Source: a virus
Direction: 5' to 3' (one strand)
Virus genome (UHGV): UHGV-0868109
DNA: 38,226 bases
Positions 16,769-25,303 of this stretch are shown piece after piece (the stretch's first letter is position 1; every line of letters begins with the position of its first letter). Below the pieces are notes generated by a model, which made no database searches, was not told the origin of the DNA, and worked only from the letters and a program-made list of their open reading frames with translations. The translations under genes were made by a program, and so were the position numbers.

Positions 16769-17386
16769 TCACCATCCTTTTAGCAGCTCGCTTACATCTT
16801 CGCCCCGTTCCAGTGCCTCCTCCAAAGCTTTCAATTTCGCCTTATCCGGTGCTTTTTCTGTATCCAGTCCGTAATATTCCTGCATCGCCTGATAGAATCT
16901 CTTTTGATCCTTTGATAAACCTTTTGCCGAGAGATCCAGTGTCCGGTACTCCATGATCTTCTGGAATCTTGTATCTCCTCCGAGATTTTCCAGTAAAATC
17001 ATAAATTTCCACCAGTGCATCTCCTCTGTCTGCAGGTCGATTCCATACTGCTGGATAAATGCCGCATAGATCAGATCGGCATCTACCTCAAAATCAAACG
17101 CCTGCTTGCTGTTGATCCCGGCAATCTTCCGTGGAAAATGTTTCCGTTCCGGCTCTCTCCCGCAAGAGAAAAACCACAGCATCTTGTCAAAATGTTCTTC
17201 TGTATACCAGGTGTACTGACCGTAAAAAAGCCTGAGCATTCTCGCCATCTCGTCCTCAGTCAGCTCTCTGCCTGCATCCTGGAGGATTTTCTGACAACAC
17301 AAAACGGTGCGAAAATCCCAATGGATCGGACATTCCACACCGCTAATGGTCAGACTTACCGGAAAAGGCTCTGTAAGGGAACTCAT
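16769..17386 (-). CDS. Tail assembly chaperone-like protein (Gp15-like position)
   Basis: 205-aa ORF directly upstream of the TMP. ATGA overlap with the preceding chaperone ORF. Confidence 0.55.
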   Translation of the reverse strand: MSSLTEPFPVSLTISGVECPIHWDFRTVLCCQKILQDAGRELTEDEMARMLRLFYGQYTWYTEEHFDKMLWFFSCGREPERKHFPRKIAGINSKQAFDFEVDADLIYAAFIQQYGIDLQTEEMHWWKFMILLENLGGDTRFQKIMEYRTLDLSAKGLSKDQKRFYQAMQEYYGLDTEKAPDKAKLKALEEALERGEDVSELLKGW

Positions 17387-17733
17387 TCAGCCCCTTTCAT
17401 TCCCAGTCGCTCTTTTACTGCTCTATACCTCTCACACTGTCGGATCTGTTCGTTAAGCAGTGCTTCATAAGCTTCCAGGCATAAGAGGTGATCGTGACCC
17501 GTTCCGCATACTTTTTCCCCTGTGCCTTCTCCGAAGGTTACATCAAAAAGGTGCTTGACCGTATCACACTGCTGTCTGATCGCATCCGGTTCCGTTCCTG
17601 TATCTCCAATCTTTGAAATTTCTTCCAGTTCTTTCAGATATGCCTGTTTACCTTCCTCAAAATCCGGGTCGAAAAATGAAAAATTTAATCTAACTCCGTT
17701 AATCTGCATTGTCTTTTTCCTCCATCTGTTCAT
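17383..17733 (-). CDS. Tail assembly chaperone (116 aa)
   Basis: Position between the major tail protein and the TMP. Confidence 0.5.
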   Translation of the reverse strand: MNRWRKKTMQINGVRLNFSFFDPDFEEGKQAYLKELEEISKIGDTGTEPDAIRQQCDTVKHLFDVTFGEGTGEKVCGTGHDHLLCLEAYEALLNEQIRQCERYRAVKERLGMKGAE

Positions 17734-17796
17734 ATAAATCTTTTTCCGCTTCGTCCGCTACAGCCTCACCAACTGAAGCATTATCAGTGAGGGAGA

Positions 17797-18327
17797 TTAT
17801 TTCCCCTCTGTAAATGCCTTGGTTGCTGTGTTGAACGTACCCTTTACCCAGTCAGTCTTGCCAAGCAGGTTGCCGGACCCCTGGATCTCACCGTCATTGT
17901 CCTTGAATTCTGAAATTTCAACCGCAACTTTTCTCCGCTTTGCCTCATAAGTTCCAGCTGAGCCGCTCACCGGCTTGTCCAGACACACCTTCACATAGAA
18001 CGTATCTGCCTCCACCCCGGTCTTTTCGTTCTCACCGATCTCGGAAATGTAAGCGATTGCCGGCTCACTCTGGATCAGATCAAACTCAAGCGGTGCTGTC
18101 CATTCATAACCGCCAATGCTCTGCGTTGCACTTTTCTGATTGACGTATCTCTTTGACGTAGTCTGTGCAGACGGTGAATCATCCAACTGGGTCACCCCAA
18201 TTCCGAGAAGCTCATATTTAGGGGAATCAGATCCCCCTGTAACGTCAATGTAATCTGCACGCTGGTAACGCTGCGTTACACCAGTGTCTTTTGCTGCTTC
18301 AAAAATCTGTAAATTCATTCTTTTCAT
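17797..18327 (-). CDS. Major tail (tube) protein, 176 aa
   Basis: ATG at 18327 with GGAGG SD, starting MKRMNLQIFEAAKD. The listed ORF extends upstream without an SD. Confidence 0.7.
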   Translation of the reverse strand: MKRMNLQIFEAAKDTGVTQRYQRADYIDVTGGSDSPKYELLGIGVTQLDDSPSAQTTSKRYVNQKSATQSIGGYEWTAPLEFDLIQSEPAIAYISEIGENEKTGVEADTFYVKVCLDKPVSGSAGTYEAKRRKVAVEISEFKDNDGEIQGSGNLLGKTDWVKGTFNTATKAFTEGK

Positions 18328-18331
18328 TGCC

Positions 18332-18760
18332 TTACCTCCGTTTGTAATATAAAAAGCGGCACTGAATGCGGTACTGACATTTCGTGCCTTCGTTATCGTA
18401 TAAATAGCCGCCTGTCGTAGCCTGAATAGACTTACTCGTGAGATTTCCCGACAGTACCGGAAGTCTTCCCTGCTCCGTACATTCATCCAGCCAGTCAGAG
18501 AATTTTTCGTAAAATTCCGCCGTGTCCTTGTTGCTTTCCTCTCCGTACCATTCCCGGGAACAAAGAGAAAATACCATCTGCCGGATCGTATCCCCGTTCG
18601 TATACCGTCTGACAATCGGGTCTGCCGGAGCAAGCTCCAGGCTATACGCTGTTGCATCCTCTCCCAGCAGATCCACGTTCACGATCGGGAACATCTGTTC
18701 AAACTCTTCCAGGAACGGACAGCCGGCTATAAATTCAGCGACTTTTGTTGCTACGCTCAT
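18332..18760 (-). CDS. Tail terminator / tail-component protein (143 aa)
   Basis: ATG at 18760 overlapping the upstream stop (ATGA). Position between the completion protein and the major tail protein. Confidence 0.5.
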   Translation of the reverse strand: MSVATKVAEFIAGCPFLEEFEQMFPIVNVDLLGEDATAYSLELAPADPIVRRYTNGDTIRQMVFSLCSREWYGEESNKDTAEFYEKFSDWLDECTEQGRLPVLSGNLTSKSIQATTGGYLYDNEGTKCQYRIQCRFLYYKRR

Positions 18761-19086
18761 CCTGCTTTCCCTCCACAAAAACTGGCTACTGCCTTTACAA
18801 TCTCCGGTCCTCTGTCTGCCCACATCCGTTCTGCCCAGTGCGGACCACGAAGACCGTCTCCTTTGTGTTCATAATACTGCCGCCTTGCATAAGGTGCATT
18901 GTATGTGATCGTGGAAATTGCTTCTGTGGCATCCGTCTTCAATCGTCCAGTCAGCCGTGGAACATAAGGATCGGACAGCCGCCTGACTTCACTTGTAAAA
19001 AATCTCTGCCCTTTTCCATTCTTGTTCAGGCTTCTCCTGAGCAGGATCTGATCTTTCGGATCCAACTGCATTCTGATTACCATCAC
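18757..19086 (-). CDS. HK97 gp10-family tail completion protein
   Basis: TGRLKTDATEAISTITYNAPYARRQYYEHKGDG matches the gp10-family motif. Confidence 0.6.
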   Translation of the reverse strand: MMVIRMQLDPKDQILLRRSLNKNGKGQRFFTSEVRRLSDPYVPRLTGRLKTDATEAISTITYNAPYARRQYYEHKGDGLRGPHWAERMWADRGPEIVKAVASFCGGKAG

Positions 19087-19487
19087 GCACCTCCACTGAT
19101 TCTGATATGCGGGGATGATCCGATAAAATTCTCGGAATGGCTCTTCACCACCCCGACTACTCCGCTATACTGCTTTTTCAGGTCATCAATCCCTGTGACT
19201 TCTCCACCGCACCATTCTCCCTGGATAAAGAGATCCCCGTTCTGAACAGTCCAGCAAGTCCCTTTCTGCCCTGTCGCAAATTGATCCGCAGATTTCCAGT
19301 CTGCACACTGATCAAATGGGATGCGGATCATATGCTCGTCCGAGCTGATCAGACCACCCTGCGATGGCGTGGTCTTCCGGCTGACGTGATACCATGCCAG
19401 GTCAATCCGGTGCGGCAGATACACTATCTTTTTCTGCTCCTTATCCGGGTAACGGTTAAAGAGCGTGATCACTGCATTTGTAAGCAT
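19083..19487 (-). CDS. Head-tail adaptor / head closure protein
   Basis: ATG at 19487 with GGAAGGTGGG SD. Position after the gp6-like connector. Confidence 0.5.
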   Translation of the reverse strand: MLTNAVITLFNRYPDKEQKKIVYLPHRIDLAWYHVSRKTTPSQGGLISSDEHMIRIPFDQCADWKSADQFATGQKGTCWTVQNGDLFIQGEWCGGEVTGIDDLKKQYSGVVGVVKSHSENFIGSSPHIRISGGA

Positions 19488-19869
19488 TACAATATCCCAC
19501 CTTCCTGGACAACCATCCCAGCGGAAGCAGATACGTCCGTGCAACTTCGTAAGCTTTGCGGGATGCGACCGCTTCTGCCGTCTCTCCGTCCACCTGCTCG
19601 TTTACATAAGTCACACTATATCCATCCGTATTTTCCGACTTTACAAATCCATTTCCCTGCTGATTTTTCAGGTCGCAAGAATAATAAATCTCTGCAACTG
19701 CACATACAGCATCTTTTACGGTATCGTTTTCACAAGCAAAAATATCTCCGTTCACATAAGTCAGATGCCTTATATAGGCTTCTGCTTTTTTTTCTGCTTT
19801 TGCAAATCTTTCAAGTGGAATCAACTCACCACCGTATTCAGACAAATAATAGAAATGATCCGCATACAT
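19456..19869 (-). CDS. Head-tail connector (gp6-like, Phage_connect_1-type)
   Basis: ATG at 19869 with GGAGG SD. MYADHFYYLSEYGGELIPLERFAKAEKKAEAYIRHLTY. Confidence 0.6.
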   Translation of the reverse strand: MYADHFYYLSEYGGELIPLERFAKAEKKAEAYIRHLTYVNGDIFACENDTVKDAVCAVAEIYYSCDLKNQQGNGFVKSENTDGYSVTYVNEQVDGETAEAVASRKAYEVARTYLLPLGWLSRKVGYCNAYKCSDHAL

Positions 19870-19886
19870 ATTGTCTTGCTCCTTCC

Positions 19887-20867
19887 TTATTCTCCCGCTT
19901 TCAGGATCGCAAACGGGCATCTCTTGGTCTTATCTTTTGCAAGAGCATTGATTGGATTCGGGATTTCCCATCCAAGACGCATCACCGCACGAAGAGCAAT
20001 CATATCATTCTGCATCAGGTTGTATGCGATAGTTCCATCGGTGTTCTGAATCACACCTTCCGTGAATAACTTGAATGTAATATCCTGTCTGATGGAATAT
20101 ACAAGCTGAGAGAAGTCTCCTGAAATCATCAGTGCCTTTGATTTGTCAAACGCTCCGTTGTTTGGGAAATTCATCGGAGAGCCATCTAAAGCATACTGCG
20201 TTGTTCCCTGCAGATCCTGTTTGAACAGCGGATCACCATTCGCATTTTTCAATCCCCTGAGCTTTGCCCTCATGGAGATATCTGCCATGTGACCATTTAC
20301 AAAGTAGCCAGATCCCTCAACTTTCGCAATGACGCCATCTTCTGCCATAATCTTGTCGTACAGACTGTCAGATGCTCCGAGTGTTACGACTGCACTCGCC
20401 TTTGTTGCAGTTGCAACCACATCTTCTCTCCATGTTGACGGCTTATTTTCTCCAAAAAGTACCGCTCCATCAATGACTTTTCCAAATGCTTCTGTCACTC
20501 TTGGCCTTACTTCTGCCCAGATATCATATTCCGAATCATCCAATACAGCTTCTGGAACCGGAACAATTACCGCAATTTCTTCCGCAGTGATAAACTTCTT
20601 GTCCCATGCCTGCTTTGCCGTTTTTTTCTGTCCATTGTCGCCATTTACAAAATAAGCGATCGGCAGCATATCCAATACCGGCATCTTGTACTGCTTACTG
20701 GTCATATTTGCAAGCTTACGCCCTCTCGAAAGGACTGCCGACTGTGCGATTGTTCCCTGAATAATCTCGCTTGCTTCCTGCACCGGGATTAAAGACTCCG
20801 CTCCGGTACGATCGATAATGCTTACGTCATTATCAAAAATTCTTAAATTCATTCTGTTTCTGTTCAT
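19887..20867 (-). CDS. Major capsid protein (HK97 fold)
   Basis: 326 aa with GGAGGT SD. MISGDFSQLVYSIRQDITFKLF and LRAVMRLGW motifs. Follows the scaffold. Confidence 0.85.
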   Translation of the reverse strand: MNRNRMNLRIFDNDVSIIDRTGAESLIPVQEASEIIQGTIAQSAVLSRGRKLANMTSKQYKMPVLDMLPIAYFVNGDNGQKKTAKQAWDKKFITAEEIAVIVPVPEAVLDDSEYDIWAEVRPRVTEAFGKVIDGAVLFGENKPSTWREDVVATATKASAVVTLGASDSLYDKIMAEDGVIAKVEGSGYFVNGHMADISMRAKLRGLKNANGDPLFKQDLQGTTQYALDGSPMNFPNNGAFDKSKALMISGDFSQLVYSIRQDITFKLFTEGVIQNTDGTIAYNLMQNDMIALRAVMRLGWEIPNPINALAKDKTKRCPFAILKAGE

Positions 20868-20879
20868 CTTCTACCTCCA

Positions 20880-21485
20880 TCATCTTCTTGCTGCAGCACG
20901 GATACGTTCATTGATAGAAGCATTCATGCTTCCACCGGCTCCCTCCGAAGAGCTTCCTGAAGACGTAGACACCCGATACGTGCCACTGCCTGTATATTTC
21001 GGATTTTCTTTCAAATACTGTTCTGCAGCTTTTTCAAATGTTGTCTTGTCGTTTACAAGTTTCGATACCTTGAACATGACATAATCAAGATCCTCTGTCT
21101 TCACACCTTTACCTGACAGAAATTTCTCATTTTTCATCTGCTGAACTTCCTTCAAAGCGTCATCACGTTCTTTCTGCAGCTTTGCCGTGTCCGGCTGATT
21201 TGCCGCACGTTCTGCCTTGAATTTTGTGATTGCTTCTGTGACTTCTCCCTCTGTCATTCCCTGACCACGGAAAAAGCTTGCAAGAGCTGCACGTTCCGAC
21301 TTGCTTGCCCTGGCACTTGCAATTTCTTCCAGCTGTTCATAGGTATAAGTTCCGGAATTGGAAGCTCCGGATGTGCTTCCAGCGGATTCCCCACCGCCGT
21401 TCCCATTCCCGGCATTTCCACCCTGTCCACCAGAGCCAGCTCCGCTGCCGTCCTCGAAAAGCTGTAACATCATTCTTTTTCTCAT
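20880..21485 (-). CDS. Capsid scaffolding protein
   Basis: Gly-rich N-terminus, acidic coiled-coil centre, position immediately before the capsid gene. Confidence 0.75.
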   Translation of the reverse strand: MRKRMMLQLFEDGSGAGSGGQGGNAGNGNGGGESAGSTSGASNSGTYTYEQLEEIASARASKSERAALASFFRGQGMTEGEVTEAITKFKAERAANQPDTAKLQKERDDALKEVQQMKNEKFLSGKGVKTEDLDYVMFKVSKLVNDKTTFEKAAEQYLKENPKYTGSGTYRVSTSSGSSSEGAGGSMNASINERIRAAARR

Positions 21486-21541
21486 TGTCTACCTCCGTTT
21501 ATGCTTCGTTGAGCTCCCGAGCTTTTAACGCCTTCACGTTT

Positions 21542-21571
21542 TGGGCAAAAGAAAAACACCCCTCAGGGTGT
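21542..21571 (-). terminator. Hairpin plus U-tract between Prp and the scaffold gene (attenuator or processing site)
   Basis: Minus transcript ACACCC-ugag-GGGUGU then UUUUCUUUUG. Confidence 0.4.
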
Positions 21572-21574
21572 CTC

Positions 21575-21862
21575 CTACAAAAATGTTATACAATTATATT
21601 CCCGGTTGATATCTGTTAACCCGAGAAACCACGAATCCAGCAGCAACTTCCCTCTGTCAGAAAGCTGCTCCCATTCGATCACGGTTCTTCCGCTCCCGGT
21701 ATCTGCCCTGATCCGGTCACCTGTCAGATCATTCAGCGAATTGATCAGGTTGCAGGTGAGAGCGGATACAGCTGCACATGCCCGGTCAATACCGTCTGAC
21801 CCTTTTCGGCAGGCATGACCGGTCATGTGTATGCTGTTCGGTGTTATGGTTATCTCAATCAC
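21575..21862 (-). CDS. prp: Prp-like ribosomal-processing cysteine protease homologue (probable scaffold/capsid processing protease)
   Basis: MIEITITPNSIHMTGHACRKGSDGIDRACAAVSALTCNLINSL matches the Prp/DUF464 His-Cys core. GAGGAGGTGA SD. Confidence 0.7.
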   Translation of the reverse strand: MIEITITPNSIHMTGHACRKGSDGIDRACAAVSALTCNLINSLNDLTGDRIRADTGSGRTVIEWEQLSDRGKLLLDSWFLGLTDINREYNCITFL

Positions 21863-21974
21863 TGGATCACCTCCTCTTGAGCCACGTTATAATTACTATC
21901 AGAATCCCATATAGAACAGCCGCCATTTCAACCGCTGTTCTCCATTCAAAATACAACTTCATCCTATTTTTCTC

Positions 21975-22007
21975 CATAAAAATACCACCGGTCAATATGA
22001 CTGGTGG
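21975..22007 (-). terminator. Rho-independent terminator after the small Cys-rich ORF
   Basis: Minus transcript CCACCAGUC-auauu-GACCGGUGG then UAUUUUUAU. Confidence 0.6.
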
Positions 22008-22010
22008 CAG

Positions 22011-22166
22011 TTATTCCATTTCTTTAAATTTAATTCCGTTTTTGCACTCCTCTTCATAACCAGAAAAAATTACATCCTCCGGTATTCCGTCTGGAAATGC
22101 TTTACAAGTCATCTCTTCACTGTTTTCATTGAAATTACTGCACAGCATACACTTTGGTAATGTCAT
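22011..22166 (-). CDS. Small Cys-rich protein (51 aa); candidate immunity protein for the MuF C-terminal domain
   Basis: ATG at 22166 with GGAGGG SD 6 nt upstream, 1 nt after the MuF stop. MTLPKCMLCSNF...TCKAF...ECKNG. Followed by a terminator. Confidence 0.45.
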   Translation of the reverse strand: MTLPKCMLCSNFNENSEEMTCKAFPDGIPEDVIFSGYEEECKNGIKFKEME

Positions 22167-22167
22167 T

Positions 22168-23886
22168 CTAAACCCTCCGCCAATGAAGGATATATTTTCC
22201 GATAAGTTTTCTTGCTTCATCTGGTATGTCTTCTCCATTTCTATATTTAACAAAGGCTTCTGCTAGGCTTTCTCTTCCATCCCTGCATTTATCGGAATAA
22301 CCAGATATTCCAGGAATAAATTTGTTTTTTATTTCTTGCAATTTCTTTGCATAATCAACTTCCCCGACACAGTTCTGGAACGGAATTATATGCGCCGTCT
22401 CATGTGCAATATAATCTTCAAAATTCTTTCCTGCCATATAGCCCTTTTTATACATAATAGCCATTCGTTTTTCAATCTTATTATAGTCTATATTATAGTT
22501 AAATACAATTTCATGTTTCAGCATCCCATCATCATCTATATATCCGCCAGTAACGAAAATATCACCTTTTTTTAGTTTCCCACCGTTTATGGAATCTAAA
22601 TAAATCACATATTCTGAATCCAGCTTCTTTATTGCTTCATTGATTTTCGATTCAATTTCTTTACTTAATCTCGCTTCCTTGGAAACTGTACTTGGAATGG
22701 AAATTCTCATCTTTGAATCATACTGACTCGGTGCCACTCTTCCGCGCCCATCTATATAAATTCTCTCTCTTTCTTCCTTAAGTCCCATCTTACGAGAAAA
22801 TACCGCATATTCATTGAGCTGTCCTTGATATTTTGCTTTTTGGAGCATTACTTCCTGCGGATCAGCCCCGCCCTCTTTCAGGAGCTGCACCTTTTCACGC
22901 TGTGCCCGCATAGCAGTTTCCATTTGACGCTGTCTTTGCTTTGCTTCATACAGTGTATATTCTTTACCACGGAACTCGGTCGGCTCGCTTTCTTTCCGAT
23001 TCTGCTCGTCTAGCCAGTCATCCGTATAAGCTCGTACCGATACACCGGGAACAAAAGGGAAATAGGTATGGTAGCAGTTTGCTCCACACAGTCCGGTTAC
23101 TGTACCGAGTCCACAGACATCATACAGCTGCTGTTGACTCCATACTCTACCCTGCCATATCGTATGCGTTGGCCTTGCTCCTGCGTGCCATTCCACCTCA
23201 AAAAACTCCGTACCGAGCTTTTCTGCATTATATTCCGCAATCTTCCCGGAAAACTGTGTAAGCCCGGTCATAACCGCCCGTCTTGCCGCAACCTCGATCC
23301 GGTTTGCATACCCCGATGAATATTCGATCTGCCGGAGTCCACTATTTGTAAGCTGAGTGACTACCCGCCTAAGAACTGCATTATAATCAAACGCTCCTGT
23401 CACAATGTCCATGCAGGCATTATCAAGATACCCACTGTATACCTGCGACAATGGAGTTAATACCTTTCTGCCGCCATAATCCAAATAAAAGCCCAGAGAT
23501 CTTGTTATATTTTCCAAGTCCTCAAGGCTTTGCTTTTTGATAGCTGATGTCACCTGTATCAGATGTTCATTTTCTTCAAAAGGTATGTATTCCGCATTGA
23601 TCTGTTCATAGACGTCCTTGTTCCTGACATATTCCCAGTTAATTACTTTGTCATACAGCTCAAACATTTCCGGGTAAGAAGTGTTCAGAGTGTCTTTCAA
23701 TGCATTCTCAATGTCCTCCGAAGAATACCCCAGTATTTTTAACCGGTTAATCTGCCAGTCTGCTGTGCTGGTGATCTCGCCCGTCTTTTTGATTCTCCGA
23801 ACAATATCCTGCATGATCCTGACTTCAAGATCTGCGTATCTTGCCGCAATCTTGCTGGCGATCTTTTCCTTATATTCATTTCTCAT
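22168..23886 (-). CDS. MuF/SPP1 gp7-family minor head protein fused to a C-terminal HExxH zincin-like domain
   Basis: WHAGARPTHTIWQGRVW MuF motif at about aa 230-250. After a coiled-coil linker, the C-terminal ~170 aa carry YIAHETAHIIPF (HExxH). Confidence 0.85.
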   Translation of the reverse strand: MRNEYKEKIASKIAARYADLEVRIMQDIVRRIKKTGEITSTADWQINRLKILGYSSEDIENALKDTLNTSYPEMFELYDKVINWEYVRNKDVYEQINAEYIPFEENEHLIQVTSAIKKQSLEDLENITRSLGFYLDYGGRKVLTPLSQVYSGYLDNACMDIVTGAFDYNAVLRRVVTQLTNSGLRQIEYSSGYANRIEVAARRAVMTGLTQFSGKIAEYNAEKLGTEFFEVEWHAGARPTHTIWQGRVWSQQQLYDVCGLGTVTGLCGANCYHTYFPFVPGVSVRAYTDDWLDEQNRKESEPTEFRGKEYTLYEAKQRQRQMETAMRAQREKVQLLKEGGADPQEVMLQKAKYQGQLNEYAVFSRKMGLKEERERIYIDGRGRVAPSQYDSKMRISIPSTVSKEARLSKEIESKINEAIKKLDSEYVIYLDSINGGKLKKGDIFVTGGYIDDDGMLKHEIVFNYNIDYNKIEKRMAIMYKKGYMAGKNFEDYIAHETAHIIPFQNCVGEVDYAKKLQEIKNKFIPGISGYSDKCRDGRESLAEAFVKYRNGEDIPDEARKLIGKYILHWRRV

Positions 23887-23887
23887 A

Positions 23888-25303
23888 TCACTCCATCACC
23901 TGATTTTGCTCGGGAAGATTCTGACGAGCCTGCTCAACCGTTTCTCCATACCACTTTGCCCGATATTCTTCCTGCCTCATCACGCCCATGCTCACATCCT
24001 GCCGATCCTGCTGACGTTCCGAATCCTTATCCTCAATGATGGAATCATCAAAATCTATCGTGATTTCTGTATCAGGATCCAGTACATTCCCCGTGACCTG
24101 ACCAAGCCGGATAATAATTCTGATTAATCTTTTTAACACGTCTTCCAGGATAATTTCATGCTTTTTCAGCATCCGGTACATGTCCGAATTTTCGGAAATG
24201 ATCTCGGTCGCAGTCTTTGCTCCTGCCCCGTCAAACCGGTATCTTTCCGTACCGAACCCGCATTTCAGAGACAGATAATTCAGATCATCATTGATTGCTT
24301 TGCTGTGCTGTTCTACCCGTAGACTCATGTCTACTTCTTTGATCAGGCCTGTCTGGCTCTTATCGTAATCTTCCGGAAGCGAATAGAATACACTGTCATC
24401 TGGATCAAAGGTCGGGGATCCGTCCTCATTCGTCAACATTTCCGGAGCGACAAAAATTCTCTTTCTTCCCAGATCAAACTCATTGCAATAAGAATCATAC
24501 TCCATGTCCAGCTTTTTAAGTGTATCGATGGCATTTGCGAAAATCGCAATTCCCATCGGATTGCACTCATCGGCATTGTTTGTGATATTTAGCCTGTCAA
24601 TGACAAATTGTGGCTCTGCGAACCCTGTCTCTGTTCTGGCTGCCAGATTTGCAAATGGCTTCAGCTTTTTCCATTCCTGTTCTGTCAGCTCACGCCCTTC
24701 TGCACTGCCTTTTATACATTCCAGGACACTGTTCTCAATCACATATACTCCGCCTGACTCAATTCTGTGAAATTGAATCTGCACGTATTTCTTCTGACGG
24801 ACCGTATGCACGAATGTAAAAATACATTCCGTGACTTCTCCATTATTCCAGCTGATCGGATAGATGTTCTTGGCATCCACATAGTTGATTCCGATCTCAC
24901 CTGCAGATATCATCCCATCTTCCTGCACAGCAGCATTGTACAAGTAAGGGATATACGCAACGGTTCCGGAATACGCTTTTCGTTCCTGGTAGTCATTTCC
25001 CATAACCAGAAAATGATTGTTATCCAGAACTTTCTGCACAAATTCCTGTGTCTTTTCATCTTCCAGTGTGATCATAACTCTTTCGTTTAGGAGCAGATCT
25101 GCAATGTCTTCTGACAGCTTCTTCGCCATCCCCATGCTCTTCCTACGGCATCGCTTGCTTGTTCCACGTCCGGTATACACCTTGTAGTACGTAAACTGCC
25201 GAACATTTGAATTGTACCAGCTGCTCCACTCATCAATCTTCCGGTAGAACGAAGCATCCACTGTGTCTATTCCCGCTTTCCTGAAATAACTAAAAATATT
25301 CAC
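23888..25303 (-). CDS. Portal protein (SPP1 gp6-type)
   Basis: 471 aa, located between TerL and MuF, with an acidic C-terminal tail. Confidence 0.85.
   Translation of the reverse strand: MNIFSYFRKAGIDTVDASFYRKIDEWSSWYNSNVRQFTYYKVYTGRGTSKRCRRKSMGMAKKLSEDIADLLLNERVMITLEDEKTQEFVQKVLDNNHFLVMGNDYQERKAYSGTVAYIPYLYNAAVQEDGMISAGEIGINYVDAKNIYPISWNNGEVTECIFTFVHTVRQKKYVQIQFHRIESGGVYVIENSVLECIKGSAEGRELTEQEWKKLKPFANLAARTETGFAEPQFVIDRLNITNNADECNPMGIAIFANAIDTLKKLDMEYDSYCNEFDLGRKRIFVAPEMLTNEDGSPTFDPDDSVFYSLPEDYDKSQTGLIKEVDMSLRVEQHSKAINDDLNYLSLKCGFGTERYRFDGAGAKTATEIISENSDMYRMLKKHEIILEDVLKRLIRIIIRLGQVTGNVLDPDTEITIDFDDSIIEDKDSERQQDRQDVSMGVMRQEEYRAKWYGETVEQARQNLPEQNQVME

Noticed and set aside
15181-16956. Plus-strand ORFs (185, 126, 142 and 133 aa) inside the tape measure gene
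   Set aside because: They lie antisense to a continuous 1380-aa gene with clear TMP motifs. They are low-complexity Ala/Ser/Pro-rich products of the GC-skewed opposite strand and lack SDs
16769-17733. Possible programmed -1 frameshift between the two tail-assembly chaperone ORFs
   Set aside because: The junction is a simple ATGA stop/start overlap. The downstream ORF has its own ATG, and no X-XXY-YYZ slippery heptamer was seen near the end of the upstream ORF
19137-20069. Plus-strand ORFs of 310 and 194 aa
   Set aside because: They are antisense to the connector and major capsid genes, which have strong family motifs and SDs. Their products are Leu/Ser/Arg-rich, typical of spurious reverse frames
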